A stretch of DNA of 63,776 nucleotides from Thermotogaceae bacterium (GTDB lineage: Bacteria; Thermotogota; Thermotogae; MWEM01). The position numbers and the translations under genes are program-made. Positions 8,264 through 17,659 of the stretch are shown here, in pieces. The stretch spans positions 1 to 63,776 of the forward strand of contig JASUTC010000002.1 in the NCBI GenBank assembly GCA_030445775.1. The letters are read 5' to 3'. The notes under the pieces are model-generated. The model saw only the letters and a list, made by a program, of their open reading frames with translations, searched no databases and was not told the origin of the DNA. Position 1 is the stretch's first letter, and each line of letters opens with the position of its first letter.

Positions 8264-9786
8264 TGTTTGAAATCGCTGCGGTTATAAGTATTGCTTCTGA
8301 AGGTATTTATTTGAATATATCCGAATCAAAGGGCGGAACCATAAAAAAAATTGAATATTTGTATCAGCCGCTAAATATCGGGCAGGAGACTTTTAATTAC
8401 GGAAGAATAAGTTTCAAAAAAGTGGATAAAATCTGTAAGATATTAGATAATTATAAACAGCTTATAAAAGATTACGCTGTCAGAAATGTAAAAGTTGTAG
8501 GTACTACTGCACTGAGAGAAGCGAAAAACATCACTTTTATCTTGGATCAGATTAAAAGTCGAACCCATTTTGATGTTCAGGTCCTGGATGATCCTCAAGA
8601 AAAATCTACTATATACAAGGCAATGCTGTTAAAAATAAACAACTCTGTATTTAAAAATGACCGCTTATTTTTAGGATATATAGGAACAGGGAGCCTTGGT
8701 ATTGCCATTTGCAAAGATAGAAAAATAACTTACTCCCAGAATGTTCGAATTGGTTCAGTGAAATTATTGGAAATACTGAGAAGCTTTCAAAGTGACTCAG
8801 AAAACGCTTACAGAATCATTAATGAATATCTAAGCAGCTTTGTAAAAACAATCAAATCAATTCCTGACATTCACCGAGTTGAGCATTTTATTACCTGTGG
8901 TCAGGAGATCGAAAATATCATCAAAATGAGTGGCGGAAGGTTGGACACTGAATTTCAATCCATTCCCGTTAAAACAATTACGGATTTGTTTGATAAGATT
9001 AAAACAAACACCCCGGAACAAATTGGTCGTAAGTACAACCTTCCTGATCATGATTTGGAGTCATTACTACCTTCTATGGGTATTTATAAAATGTTTTTTA
9101 ACATTATTGAAGTTAGTCCGATTATTTCCGTTCCGGTAAAACTCTCAGAAGCCATTTTATTGGAAATGTTTTCAAATGATGATTTTAAGGAGATCAGTCG
9201 AGTTTTTGCTGAGAGCACCGTCATCTCAGCTAAAAATTTAGGTTTACGCTTCCTATACGATGAGGAACATGCAAATCAAGTGGAAAAATTAGTACTGATT
9301 CTATTTGACTTACTGAAACCTAAACATCGACTCGATAAGCGTTACAGATTATTATTACAATTAGCCGCTATTTTACATGATATTGGCAAATTTATCCAGT
9401 TAAAAAATCATTCAGAACATTCGGCCAACATTATTAAAGGGACAGAACTTCTGGGTCTTGATCAAAGAGAAACTGAAATTGTCGCTTCTGTTGCCAAATA
9501 CCACAGCACTAAATTTTTATTGTCCGATGATGTTAATTTACAAAAATTGGAACAAAAGGATCGATTGGTAATCGCAAAATTGTTAGCAATTCTTCGATTG
9601 GCTGATGCCCTTGACAGATCTCATTCAAGTAAAGTAAAGGACATTAAGGTTCAAATTAAGAGCAGAAAATTGAAGTTAAAGATCATATCCGATCAAAGAA
9701 TTTTGTTAGAAAAATGGTCTATAGAAACAAAATCGGAATTTTTTGAAGATGTGTTTGGTTTAAAACCAGAAATAACAAAGGAGTGA
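8263..9786 (+). CDS. ppx: Ppx/GppA family exopolyphosphatase with C-terminal HD domain
   Basis: 507 aa with an actin-like ATPase fold N-terminus (GTTALREA) and an HD region (LAAILHDIGKF). Its ATG overlaps the ROK gene's TAA by 1 nt. Confidence 0.85.
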   Translation: MFEIAAVISIASEGIYLNISESKGGTIKKIEYLYQPLNIGQETFNYGRISFKKVDKICKILDNYKQLIKDYAVRNVKVVGTTALREAKNITFILDQIKSRTHFDVQVLDDPQEKSTIYKAMLLKINNSVFKNDRLFLGYIGTGSLGIAICKDRKITYSQNVRIGSVKLLEILRSFQSDSENAYRIINEYLSSFVKTIKSIPDIHRVEHFITCGQEIENIIKMSGGRLDTEFQSIPVKTITDLFDKIKTNTPEQIGRKYNLPDHDLESLLPSMGIYKMFFNIIEVSPIISVPVKLSEAILLEMFSNDDFKEISRVFAESTVISAKNLGLRFLYDEEHANQVEKLVLILFDLLKPKHRLDKRYRLLLQLAAILHDIGKFIQLKNHSEHSANIIKGTELLGLDQRETEIVASVAKYHSTKFLLSDDVNLQKLEQKDRLVIAKLLAILRLADALDRSHSSKVKDIKVQIKSRKLKLKIISDQRILLEKWSIETKSEFFEDVFGLKPEITKE

Positions 9787-9790
9787 GTGA

Positions 9791-11911
9791 GTGAATTTAG
9801 ATTCGTATGACTATTATTTCAACAGGGAGTTAAGTTGGTTGGCTTTTAACGAAAGGGTTTTGGATGAAGCTTTTTCAAAAAGCAACCCATTGCTTGAAAG
9901 ATTAAAGTTTCTTTCTATCAGTGGATCGAATTTAGATGAGTTTTTCATGATTCGCGTTGCAGGTTTAAAAGAATTGGTCTCCGTGGGTTACTCGGGAAGA
10001 GATGCTGCCGGGCTGTCTGCAAAAGAACAGTTGGATGCCATATCAAAAAAAGTACATCACCTGGTAAAAAAGCAATACGTTTGTTTAAATAAATTACTTC
10101 TTCCTAAACTCCAAAAAGAAGGTATCCGATTTTTAAGTGAAAAAGATCTCAACAGCAACCAGTACGCTATATTAAATGATTATTTTAATTCGACTGTGTT
10201 CCCCGTGCTTACACCCATGGCTATCGATCAGGGAAGACCTTTCCCGCAGATACTCAACAAAAGTTTAAATCAAGCGGTTATCATTGAAAATGAAAAAAAG
10301 GAAAAACTTCTGGCTATCATACAAGTTCCCTCGGTACTTCCCAGGTTTATTAGAATTTTTGATAAAGATGATGAAAAAAACATGAACTTTATCAGTATGG
10401 AAAAGCTGATTAAACTGTTTGCAAAAAAACTCTTCACGGGTTATAAAATTCTAAGCATTCATCCTTTTAGGTTAACAAGAAATTCTGATTTAAGCATTGA
10501 TGAAGAGGAAGCCAGTGATTTGCTTGAAGAAATAGAAAAATCCTTAAGACAACGTGAAAGAGGCTTCCCGGTGAGGTTGGAAATCGAAAAAAATTCATCC
10601 TCCATCATCAGTAACATTTTATTTTCAATGCTTGCGTTAAGTAACGATGAAGTATATGAGATAAACGGACCAATAGATCTGTCATCTTTTATGGATATTT
10701 CAACTATTGAAGGCTACGAAAATCTCAAATACAAACCGATATTCCCGCAACAACCTCCGGAGTTTGTTGGCAAAAAAAGTAAATTCGATGTGATAAAAAA
10801 AAGAGATGTGCTTTTACATCATCCCTATCAATCGTTTAAATCGGTGATTGAATTTTTGGACGAAGCTGCTGAAGATCCAAATGTTTTAGCAATCAAACAA
10901 AGTTTATACAGGGTCAGTGGGAATTCACCTGTTGTGAAATCACTGATGAAAGCTGCCGAAAACGGAAAACAAGTAACTGTTTTGGTAGAGTTAAAGGCGA
11001 GATTTGATGAAGAAAACAACATTCAGTGGGCAAAAAAACTCGAGAAATCGGGGTGTCACGTTGTTTATGGATTGGTGGGTCTAAAAACACATTGTAAGAT
11101 ACTGCTCGTTGTGAGAAAAGAAACAGATGGTATTAAAAGATATGTTCATTTATCCACAGGAAATTACAACGATAAAACTGCCAAATTATATACTGATATT
11201 GGAATGTTTACTTCACGTGAAAGTTTTGGTGCAGATTCGTCTGCTTTATTTAACGTGTTAACAGGGTATTCTCAACCTCCTGAATGGAAAAAGTTTTCCG
11301 TGGCTCCCGGAAGTTTGAGAGATGCTTTCATCCAGCACATTGAAAGTGAAATATACAATTCAAAAGAAAACGGTAACGGAAGGATTATCTGCAAAAATAA
11401 TGCTTTACTCGATAAAGAAATAATTAAAGCCTTATATCGAGCGTCTATGGCAGGTGTTAAGATAGATTTGATTGTAAGAGGAATATGTGCACTTCGATCT
11501 GGGGTTAAAAAACTTAGTGAAAACATAACCGTTTACAGTATTGTCGGTAGATATTTAGAACATAGCCGTATTTATTATTTTGAAAATGCTGGAAACCCAA
11601 AGATATTCCTGTCAAGTGCTGATTGGATGCCAAGGAATCTTGACAGGCGTGTGGAAACGATGTTTCCTATCGAAGATGAACGGTTAAAAGAAGAGATAAG
11701 GGATATATTGGATTTGATGGTTGCCGATAACGTGAAAGCCAGGATTCAAAAAGAAAATGGTGATTATGTAATCAAAAAACATCAGGGAGTACAATCCGTT
11801 GAATCTCAAGAGGCTTTGGCACAATATTATCGCGAAAAAAATCAAAAACATTTTAATGACAAACCTGAAAAATCGAAATTCCGTTCAAAAAAAAATGAAG
11901 TGGATTTTTGA
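9791..11911 (+). CDS. ppk: polyphosphate kinase 1
   Basis: 706 aa. It begins YFNRELSWLAFNERVL, has the phospho-His region GLKTHCKILLVVR, and carries the PLD-like C-terminal domains. Confidence 0.95.
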   Translation: MNLDSYDYYFNRELSWLAFNERVLDEAFSKSNPLLERLKFLSISGSNLDEFFMIRVAGLKELVSVGYSGRDAAGLSAKEQLDAISKKVHHLVKKQYVCLNKLLLPKLQKEGIRFLSEKDLNSNQYAILNDYFNSTVFPVLTPMAIDQGRPFPQILNKSLNQAVIIENEKKEKLLAIIQVPSVLPRFIRIFDKDDEKNMNFISMEKLIKLFAKKLFTGYKILSIHPFRLTRNSDLSIDEEEASDLLEEIEKSLRQRERGFPVRLEIEKNSSSIISNILFSMLALSNDEVYEINGPIDLSSFMDISTIEGYENLKYKPIFPQQPPEFVGKKSKFDVIKKRDVLLHHPYQSFKSVIEFLDEAAEDPNVLAIKQSLYRVSGNSPVVKSLMKAAENGKQVTVLVELKARFDEENNIQWAKKLEKSGCHVVYGLVGLKTHCKILLVVRKETDGIKRYVHLSTGNYNDKTAKLYTDIGMFTSRESFGADSSALFNVLTGYSQPPEWKKFSVAPGSLRDAFIQHIESEIYNSKENGNGRIICKNNALLDKEIIKALYRASMAGVKIDLIVRGICALRSGVKKLSENITVYSIVGRYLEHSRIYYFENAGNPKIFLSSADWMPRNLDRRVETMFPIEDERLKEEIRDILDLMVADNVKARIQKENGDYVIKKHQGVQSVESQEALAQYYREKNQKHFNDKPEKSKFRSKKNEVDF

Positions 11912-11938
11912 GTGATCATTTTTAATGTATAATAACCA

Positions 11939-12325
11939 TTGATGATTGTTAGGATGATGTTTTTGAAACTAAGAGACATTTTTTCGAAAACCGGAAAACC
12001 GGGTTATTTTATTCTTCTCGATATGTTGATTTCGTTAACCATTTCATCATTTTGTTTGATGATGGTGTTTAGTGAACTTCATAGAATTCAAGTTTATAAC
12101 AGACATATAGAGGAAATAATACTTCAAAGAAATCAAGTGACCAAGGTCCTCACTTCCAAACAACATTATGTTCAAGAAAACAATTTAGAAAAAGACAGAA
12201 GTTATGAAATTTTCCCCGGTGTGTTCGTTGATATTTATCAAATCAAGTTTGACAAACAGATATACGAACTATATGGGTTGGAAGAAGTTGAATTTGGAAT
12301 AGTCGATAAACGAAAGGGTGAATGA
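11939..12325 (+). CDS. hypothetical small membrane protein
   Basis: 128 aa with a TTG start and one hydrophobic helix (YFILLDMLISLTISSFCLMMVF). No family recognised. Confidence 0.45.
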   Translation: MMIVRMMFLKLRDIFSKTGKPGYFILLDMLISLTISSFCLMMVFSELHRIQVYNRHIEEIILQRNQVTKVLTSKQHYVQENNLEKDRSYEIFPGVFVDIYQIKFDKQIYELYGLEEVEFGIVDKRKGE

Positions 12326-13991
12326 TTTGTCAAAAATTGTAAAAGACAATATCTTTGAAATGATCTTTGAGGCTTTAAACAAGGTGGATAAAAACCTAAG
12401 CATGGATTTCCGAGTAGAAATCCCCCCAAATGAGCAATTTGGTGATTTTTCCACAAATGTTGCCATGATAAACGCAAAAAATGCCAAAACCTCGCCAAGG
12501 AAATTAGCCGAAAAAATTGTTGTCTTTTTAGAGGAGAATTCAGATGTTGAAAAAGTTGAAATAGCAGGACCCGGTTTTATCAACCTCTTTCTATCCCAAG
12601 AGTTTTATCAACAGAAGTTGATGGCAATGTTGCATGAAGAAGCCCAATCTTATTTCCATACTAATCTTGGCCAAAAACAAAAAATACAACTTGAATTTGT
12701 CAGTGCAAACCCCACTGGTCCATTAACTGTTGGGCATGGAAGACAAGCTGTTATAGGTGACGTCCTTTCCTCTATCTACGAAAGATTTGGATACGAAGTA
12801 ACAAGAGAATATTATTTTAATGATGCTGGAAGACAAATGAAATTATTGGCAAAGTCTGTTTATATACGATATAACGAATTGTTTGGCATTAAAGAAGAAA
12901 TTCCTGACGGCGGCTATAAAGGTGAATATATTATTGATATCGCTAAAGCAATTAAAAACAATGAAGGGGATAAATTTAAAGAAAAGTGGAATGAAGAAAC
13001 TGAGTCTTACTTTCTCCATCAGGCTAAAGATGAAATGTTTAAACACATAAAGAACACTTTAAATTCAATGAATGTACATTTTGACGTGTATTTTTCAGAG
13101 GGTTCTTTGTTTACAGATGGAACGGTAGAAAAGGTAAAAGCCATTTTCCGTGAAAAGGATTTGATTTATGTAAATGACGGTGCTCTTTGGTTAAAAGTTT
13201 CTGAGTTTATCGATGAAAAAGATAAGGTTTTAATCAGATCAGATGGTATGCCAACTTATTTTTTTACCGACATTGCAAATCATTATAAAAAACATGAAAG
13301 AGGTTTTAAGAAAGTCTTCGATATATGGGGTGCAGATCATCACGGACATATACCCAGAATGCAAGCCGCCATGAAAGCACTGGATTTTGATGAGGATTTC
13401 TTTAACGTTATTCTTCATCAGATGGTGACTTTGAAGCAAAAAGGCGAAGCGATTAAGATGTCCACCAGGCAAGGGACTTTTATTACCCTTGATGAGTTAT
13501 TAGAAATGGTAGGGAGGGATGCAACCAGATATTTTTATGCCATGGTGGATAAAGACGGACAATTAATATTTGATATTGACCTTGCAAGAAGCACATCTAT
13601 GGACAATCCTGTCTATTATGTTCAATATGCACACGCCAGAATTTGCAGTTTAATTAAAAATGCGGAAAACAAAGGTCTGAATTTTGTACCTGGAGAAAAT
13701 CTTCAAGAACTGAACTCAAGACAAGATTCCTTGTTTATAAGAGACTTAATGTTGTATACCGATGCTTTGATAGAAGTCATCCAAACCAATTCCCCTCATA
13801 AACTAACAAACTATATACATGATTTGGCCTCAAAATTCCACCAATATTATAATTCTAATGTATTTGTCGATAAGGAAAATGAAGCTGTATCAAATGCTCG
13901 TTTATCATTAGCTTTTGCTACACGAAAGGTGATTAAAGACGCTTTGATGTTGTTGGGAGTCAGTGCACCCGAAATAATGGAGCAGATTTAA
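12318..13991 (+). CDS. argS: arginine--tRNA ligase
   Basis: HIGH-type motif SANPTGPLTVGHGR and KMSK-type motif IKMSTRQG in a 557-aa protein. Confidence 0.95.
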   Translation: MNDLSKIVKDNIFEMIFEALNKVDKNLSMDFRVEIPPNEQFGDFSTNVAMINAKNAKTSPRKLAEKIVVFLEENSDVEKVEIAGPGFINLFLSQEFYQQKLMAMLHEEAQSYFHTNLGQKQKIQLEFVSANPTGPLTVGHGRQAVIGDVLSSIYERFGYEVTREYYFNDAGRQMKLLAKSVYIRYNELFGIKEEIPDGGYKGEYIIDIAKAIKNNEGDKFKEKWNEETESYFLHQAKDEMFKHIKNTLNSMNVHFDVYFSEGSLFTDGTVEKVKAIFREKDLIYVNDGALWLKVSEFIDEKDKVLIRSDGMPTYFFTDIANHYKKHERGFKKVFDIWGADHHGHIPRMQAAMKALDFDEDFFNVILHQMVTLKQKGEAIKMSTRQGTFITLDELLEMVGRDATRYFYAMVDKDGQLIFDIDLARSTSMDNPVYYVQYAHARICSLIKNAENKGLNFVPGENLQELNSRQDSLFIRDLMLYTDALIEVIQTNSPHKLTNYIHDLASKFHQYYNSNVFVDKENEAVSNARLSLAFATRKVIKDALMLLGVSAPEIMEQI

Positions 13992-13993
13992 AA

Positions 13994-15385
13994 ATGTTAA
14001 TGAATCGTACCGATACCATTGTGGCTTTATCTACTCCGATAGGAACCGGTGCTATTTCAATCATTCGAATATCAGGACAAAAAGCAATTTCTGTTTTGAA
14101 AGAACACTTCAATGGATGGAAAAAGGATGATTACCCAGTACCTAGAAAAATGTACTACGGCAAATGGACCGATTCAGATCACTCGACTATCGATGAGGTT
14201 CAAATTGCTTATTATCAATCGCCCAATTCTTTTACCGGTGAAGATATGTTAGAAATTTTTTGTCATGGGGGGATGATCATTACTGAAATGGTTTTGAGAA
14301 GCACCTTGAATCACTGTAAAGATGCGTTACCCGGAGAATTTTCATATCGTGCTTTTTTAAATTCCAAAATTGATTTAATACAAGCGCAAGCGATTAATGA
14401 TTTAATTAATGTAAAAACACAAGAAGGGGCAAAATTACTGGTTAAAGGACTTGAAGGAAAGCTTTCTCATTTCATTAAAAATCTTCAAGAAAGATATACA
14501 AAAATAGCAGCAATGATTGAAGTTCAATTGGATTATCCTGATGAGATTTATGAACATGTTGAATATGAGCGTATTTTGAATGATTTAAAAGAGCTTACCA
14601 GTGATTTGTCGAAAGTTATCAAAGAAGCTGCCAATTCCATTCGGTTAAAAAACGGAATTGATACAATAATTGTTGGTCCTCCTAATGTGGGAAAATCAAC
14701 TTTAATGAATCTCCTTTTAAATGAAGACAGGGCGATTGTGACTGATCTGCCTGGAACCACAAGAGATTATATACAAGCTGAGTTAAATGTGAAAGGAATT
14801 TTATTGAACCTGATTGATACAGCGGGTATTCGTAAAACTCGAGATGTTGTGGAATCAATGGGCGTAAAGAAAACATTCCAACTTTTTAAAGATGCTCCGT
14901 TTGCAATCTTCATCTTTGAGCACTCTTCTACTCTTGATGGACTATCAATTAATCTTTTAGAGGAAGCTTATGCCGAAAAGAAACAAATCCTTATACTCTT
15001 AAATAAAACTGATTTAAAAACAACAGATAAGAAGGAATCCCATGTTATAAAAGAAAAGCTGAGTCAATATGGATTAGTTCATGAGATTTCAGCTAAAAAA
15101 AGTGAAGGAATTAGTGTTTTGGAAGAGTTTATTTATGATTCTGCTAAAAAACTTGTTGACAATAAAAGCGAAACTCAATTGTTCAATAATCTCCAGAAAA
15201 GCGTTTTAGAAAGGGTTTATAACGATTCGAATAAAGCCATCTCTGATCTAATCAATGGTTTTACTATTGATACGGTTTCAATAACTATTAAGGATATTAT
15301 CAAAGAATTGAATGATTTAACCGGAAGAGATTATAATGAAGACATAATAAACGCAATCTTTTCTGATTTTTGTCTTGGAAAGTAA
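13994..15385 (+). CDS. mnmE: tRNA modification GTPase MnmE
   Basis: N-terminal DTIVALSTP, G-domain GPPNVGKSTL and DTAGIR, and C-terminal FCLGK. Confidence 0.95.
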   Translation: MLMNRTDTIVALSTPIGTGAISIIRISGQKAISVLKEHFNGWKKDDYPVPRKMYYGKWTDSDHSTIDEVQIAYYQSPNSFTGEDMLEIFCHGGMIITEMVLRSTLNHCKDALPGEFSYRAFLNSKIDLIQAQAINDLINVKTQEGAKLLVKGLEGKLSHFIKNLQERYTKIAAMIEVQLDYPDEIYEHVEYERILNDLKELTSDLSKVIKEAANSIRLKNGIDTIIVGPPNVGKSTLMNLLLNEDRAIVTDLPGTTRDYIQAELNVKGILLNLIDTAGIRKTRDVVESMGVKKTFQLFKDAPFAIFIFEHSSTLDGLSINLLEEAYAEKKQILILLNKTDLKTTDKKESHVIKEKLSQYGLVHEISAKKSEGISVLEEFIYDSAKKLVDNKSETQLFNNLQKSVLERVYNDSNKAISDLINGFTIDTVSITIKDIIKELNDLTGRDYNEDIINAIFSDFCLGK

Positions 15386-15405
15386 ATTAAAGGTGTGTGT
15401 GGTAG

Positions 15406-16827
15406 ATGAACCAAGTAATCGGTAATAATGAAATATATTACATGTTTACATGTCCGAGAATGTTTTATTTTTTCTTACAGGATGAAACAGATAATGTAAT
15501 AGTCGAAAATGCTTTGGAAAATGATCGTATTCGAAATGTCAAAGATTATTTTAAAAATATTTCTTGGGTTGATGCCAAAAAGAATCCGGAAATAACAAAA
15601 AGAACCGTTAAGAATGAAGCAGACATTTTAAACCCCATTTTAGAAGGCAGTATTAAAGGCATAAACTTAAAATTAGCAGTACATGCTTTAATCAGAAAAA
15701 AAGACAAGTACCACATTGTCTTATCACATTTATCCAGAAGGCCCAGTAAAAGACATCATGTCATTGCAGCTAGTTTTATATTCCTTGCAAAATTAAACGG
15801 AATCAGCGTATCGGAGAACATCATATTCTTAAGAAAAAAATCGATGAAGACCCAAAGAATAAAAGAAGAGGGATACCTATTATTTTTAAAGACATTTAGA
15901 GAAATTGCAAACAGTCAAGAGCCGCCCCCCGCAACGGGTACAAGAATTTGTAATTTTTGTGGGTATTGGGAGAAGTGCCATTCGTTCAATGTGGATGATC
16001 GTACTAAATTGCCTGTCTCAAGTATTCGTGGGATTGGAGCGAATATGTCTTCAATTATGAAATCTTATGGCATTAGCACCCTTGGAGATTTAATTGATAT
16101 TCCTTTGAAAAAAGAGTTGGAAGAAAAGCTAAAAAACATTATAAGATATAAATTACAAGCCTATTCATTTGTCAACGATACAGCTCTATTCTTAACAAAA
16201 CCGGATCTTTTAATCACAAATAATGACAATAACGGTGTTTATTTTGATATAGAAGCCGATGATAGTCCTTATTTATTTGGATTTTTACAAAATGATCAGT
16301 ATAAATATTTTTTAATCAGCGATAATGACTCAAGAAAATCTCAGATTGAAGATATTATGAAATATGTGGAACAGCTAAAGGTAAATCTATACCATTATTG
16401 TGAATACGAAAATCGGGTTTTAAAAGAACTTTCCAACGAATGGAAACAACAGTTTAAAAATGAAGGTAACGGAGATCTGAAAAATAAATTCCTTAAGAGT
16501 TTTTTTGAAACACCAATGATTGATATTTATGAGATAATCATTAAAAATATATTTGTGCCATTAAGGCATTATTCGTTAAAATCTATTGCAAAATGGTTGG
16601 GTTTCAAATGGCGTATCGGATTGGATGGCAGAAGTTCAATACAAGAATATCGAAGATGGTTAAATACTGGAAACAAAAAACACTTAGAAGCATTATTGCT
16701 ATACAATGAAGACGATTGCCGAGCAACTCAAGTTGTTAAAGAATGGATTAGCAGTCCGTCTTCCTTTGATCACAAGCATTTAATTCTTAACAGGAGAGAT
16801 GTAGATGATATACTCAATAGAAAATGA
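15406..16827 (+). CDS. TM0106-family RecB-like putative nuclease with C-terminal RNase H-like exonuclease domain
   Basis: Cas4/RecB-type N-terminal part with the Cys cluster CNFCGYWEKC, a helix-hairpin-helix-like middle, and a C-terminal part with YFDIEAD...YNEDDC acidic motifs. This architecture matches my memory of TIGR03491. Confidence 0.7.
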   Translation: MNQVIGNNEIYYMFTCPRMFYFFLQDETDNVIVENALENDRIRNVKDYFKNISWVDAKKNPEITKRTVKNEADILNPILEGSIKGINLKLAVHALIRKKDKYHIVLSHLSRRPSKRHHVIAASFIFLAKLNGISVSENIIFLRKKSMKTQRIKEEGYLLFLKTFREIANSQEPPPATGTRICNFCGYWEKCHSFNVDDRTKLPVSSIRGIGANMSSIMKSYGISTLGDLIDIPLKKELEEKLKNIIRYKLQAYSFVNDTALFLTKPDLLITNNDNNGVYFDIEADDSPYLFGFLQNDQYKYFLISDNDSRKSQIEDIMKYVEQLKVNLYHYCEYENRVLKELSNEWKQQFKNEGNGDLKNKFLKSFFETPMIDIYEIIIKNIFVPLRHYSLKSIAKWLGFKWRIGLDGRSSIQEYRRWLNTGNKKHLEALLLYNEDDCRATQVVKEWISSPSSFDHKHLILNRRDVDDILNRK

Positions 16828-17659
16828 AGCTGTTTTACTGACATTGAAAAGGAAGAATGTCTTTCTTTTTGATATGGATGGGACTATATATATCGATGAC
16901 AGGGTTATCAACGGCTCCGTTGAGTTTTTGAATTTGATAAAGAAAAATGGATGTGAAAGATTCTTTTTTACAAATAATTCATCAAAAACTAGGGAGGAGT
17001 ATTATCACAAACTCAAAGGATTTGGCATTAACACATCTACAGACGAAATTATAACATCTAACCGGATCACAGCTGCTTATTTGAAAAAGCATTACCCCAA
17101 TGCACGTATACTGTATATGGGGAATTATGAGGCTGCCAGTGAAATCAAAGATTTTGGACTTAACATCATACCACCTTATAAGCGTTTTTTAGATAAAAAA
17201 ATTGATGTTGCGGTTTTGGCTTATGACACCGGAATTAATTATGAAAAAATATCTGTTTTTTCATATTTTTTAAAACAGAATATTCCTTATATTGCAACCC
17301 ATCCGGATATTAATTATCCATCAAATATAGGGCTAATTCCTGATGTTGGAGCGTTTATTGCCATGTTCGAACGTTCTACCGGACGTACTCCCGATCAAAT
17401 TTTGGGTAAACCGTCAACGGTAATTCTTGACTATGTTTTTCAAGAGAATAATATAAACAGGAAGGATGCTGTCTTTTTTGGTGACAGGCTTTACACTGAT
17501 ATCAAAATGGCTAATGATTCAAATGTCTCATCAGTATTAGTTTTATCAGGTGAAAGTCAAATTGAGGATGTTGAAAAATATCCCTATTCTCCTGATTTAA
17601 TTGTGGATTCTTTGCTTGATCTGTATCAATTATACAAAGGGGAAAATCAAAATGAATAA
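16805..17659 (+). CDS. HAD superfamily hydrolase, subfamily IIA (NagD-like phosphatase)
   Basis: Motif I FLFDMDGTIY, motif II FFTNNSS and motif IV FFGDRLYTDI. AGGAGAG lies 7 nt upstream of the ATG. Confidence 0.85.
   Translation: MIYSIENEAVLLTLKRKNVFLFDMDGTIYIDDRVINGSVEFLNLIKKNGCERFFFTNNSSKTREEYYHKLKGFGINTSTDEIITSNRITAAYLKKHYPNARILYMGNYEAASEIKDFGLNIIPPYKRFLDKKIDVAVLAYDTGINYEKISVFSYFLKQNIPYIATHPDINYPSNIGLIPDVGAFIAMFERSTGRTPDQILGKPSTVILDYVFQENNINRKDAVFFGDRLYTDIKMANDSNVSSVLVLSGESQIEDVEKYPYSPDLIVDSLLDLYQLYKGENQNE

Noticed and set aside
11939-12325. Type IV pilin / pseudopilin signal in the 128-aa protein (KPGYFILLDMLISLTI)
   Set aside because: The Gly is followed by a hydrophobic helix, but the acidic residue is at +6 (Asp) rather than the canonical Glu at +5, and the leader is atypically long. 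This is too weak to call.
12238-12583. Two overlapping minus-strand ORFs (86 and 104 aa) across the argS 5' region
   Set aside because: They are antisense to argS, whose identity is secured by the HIGH and KMSK motifs. They have no motifs or ribosome-binding sites of their own.
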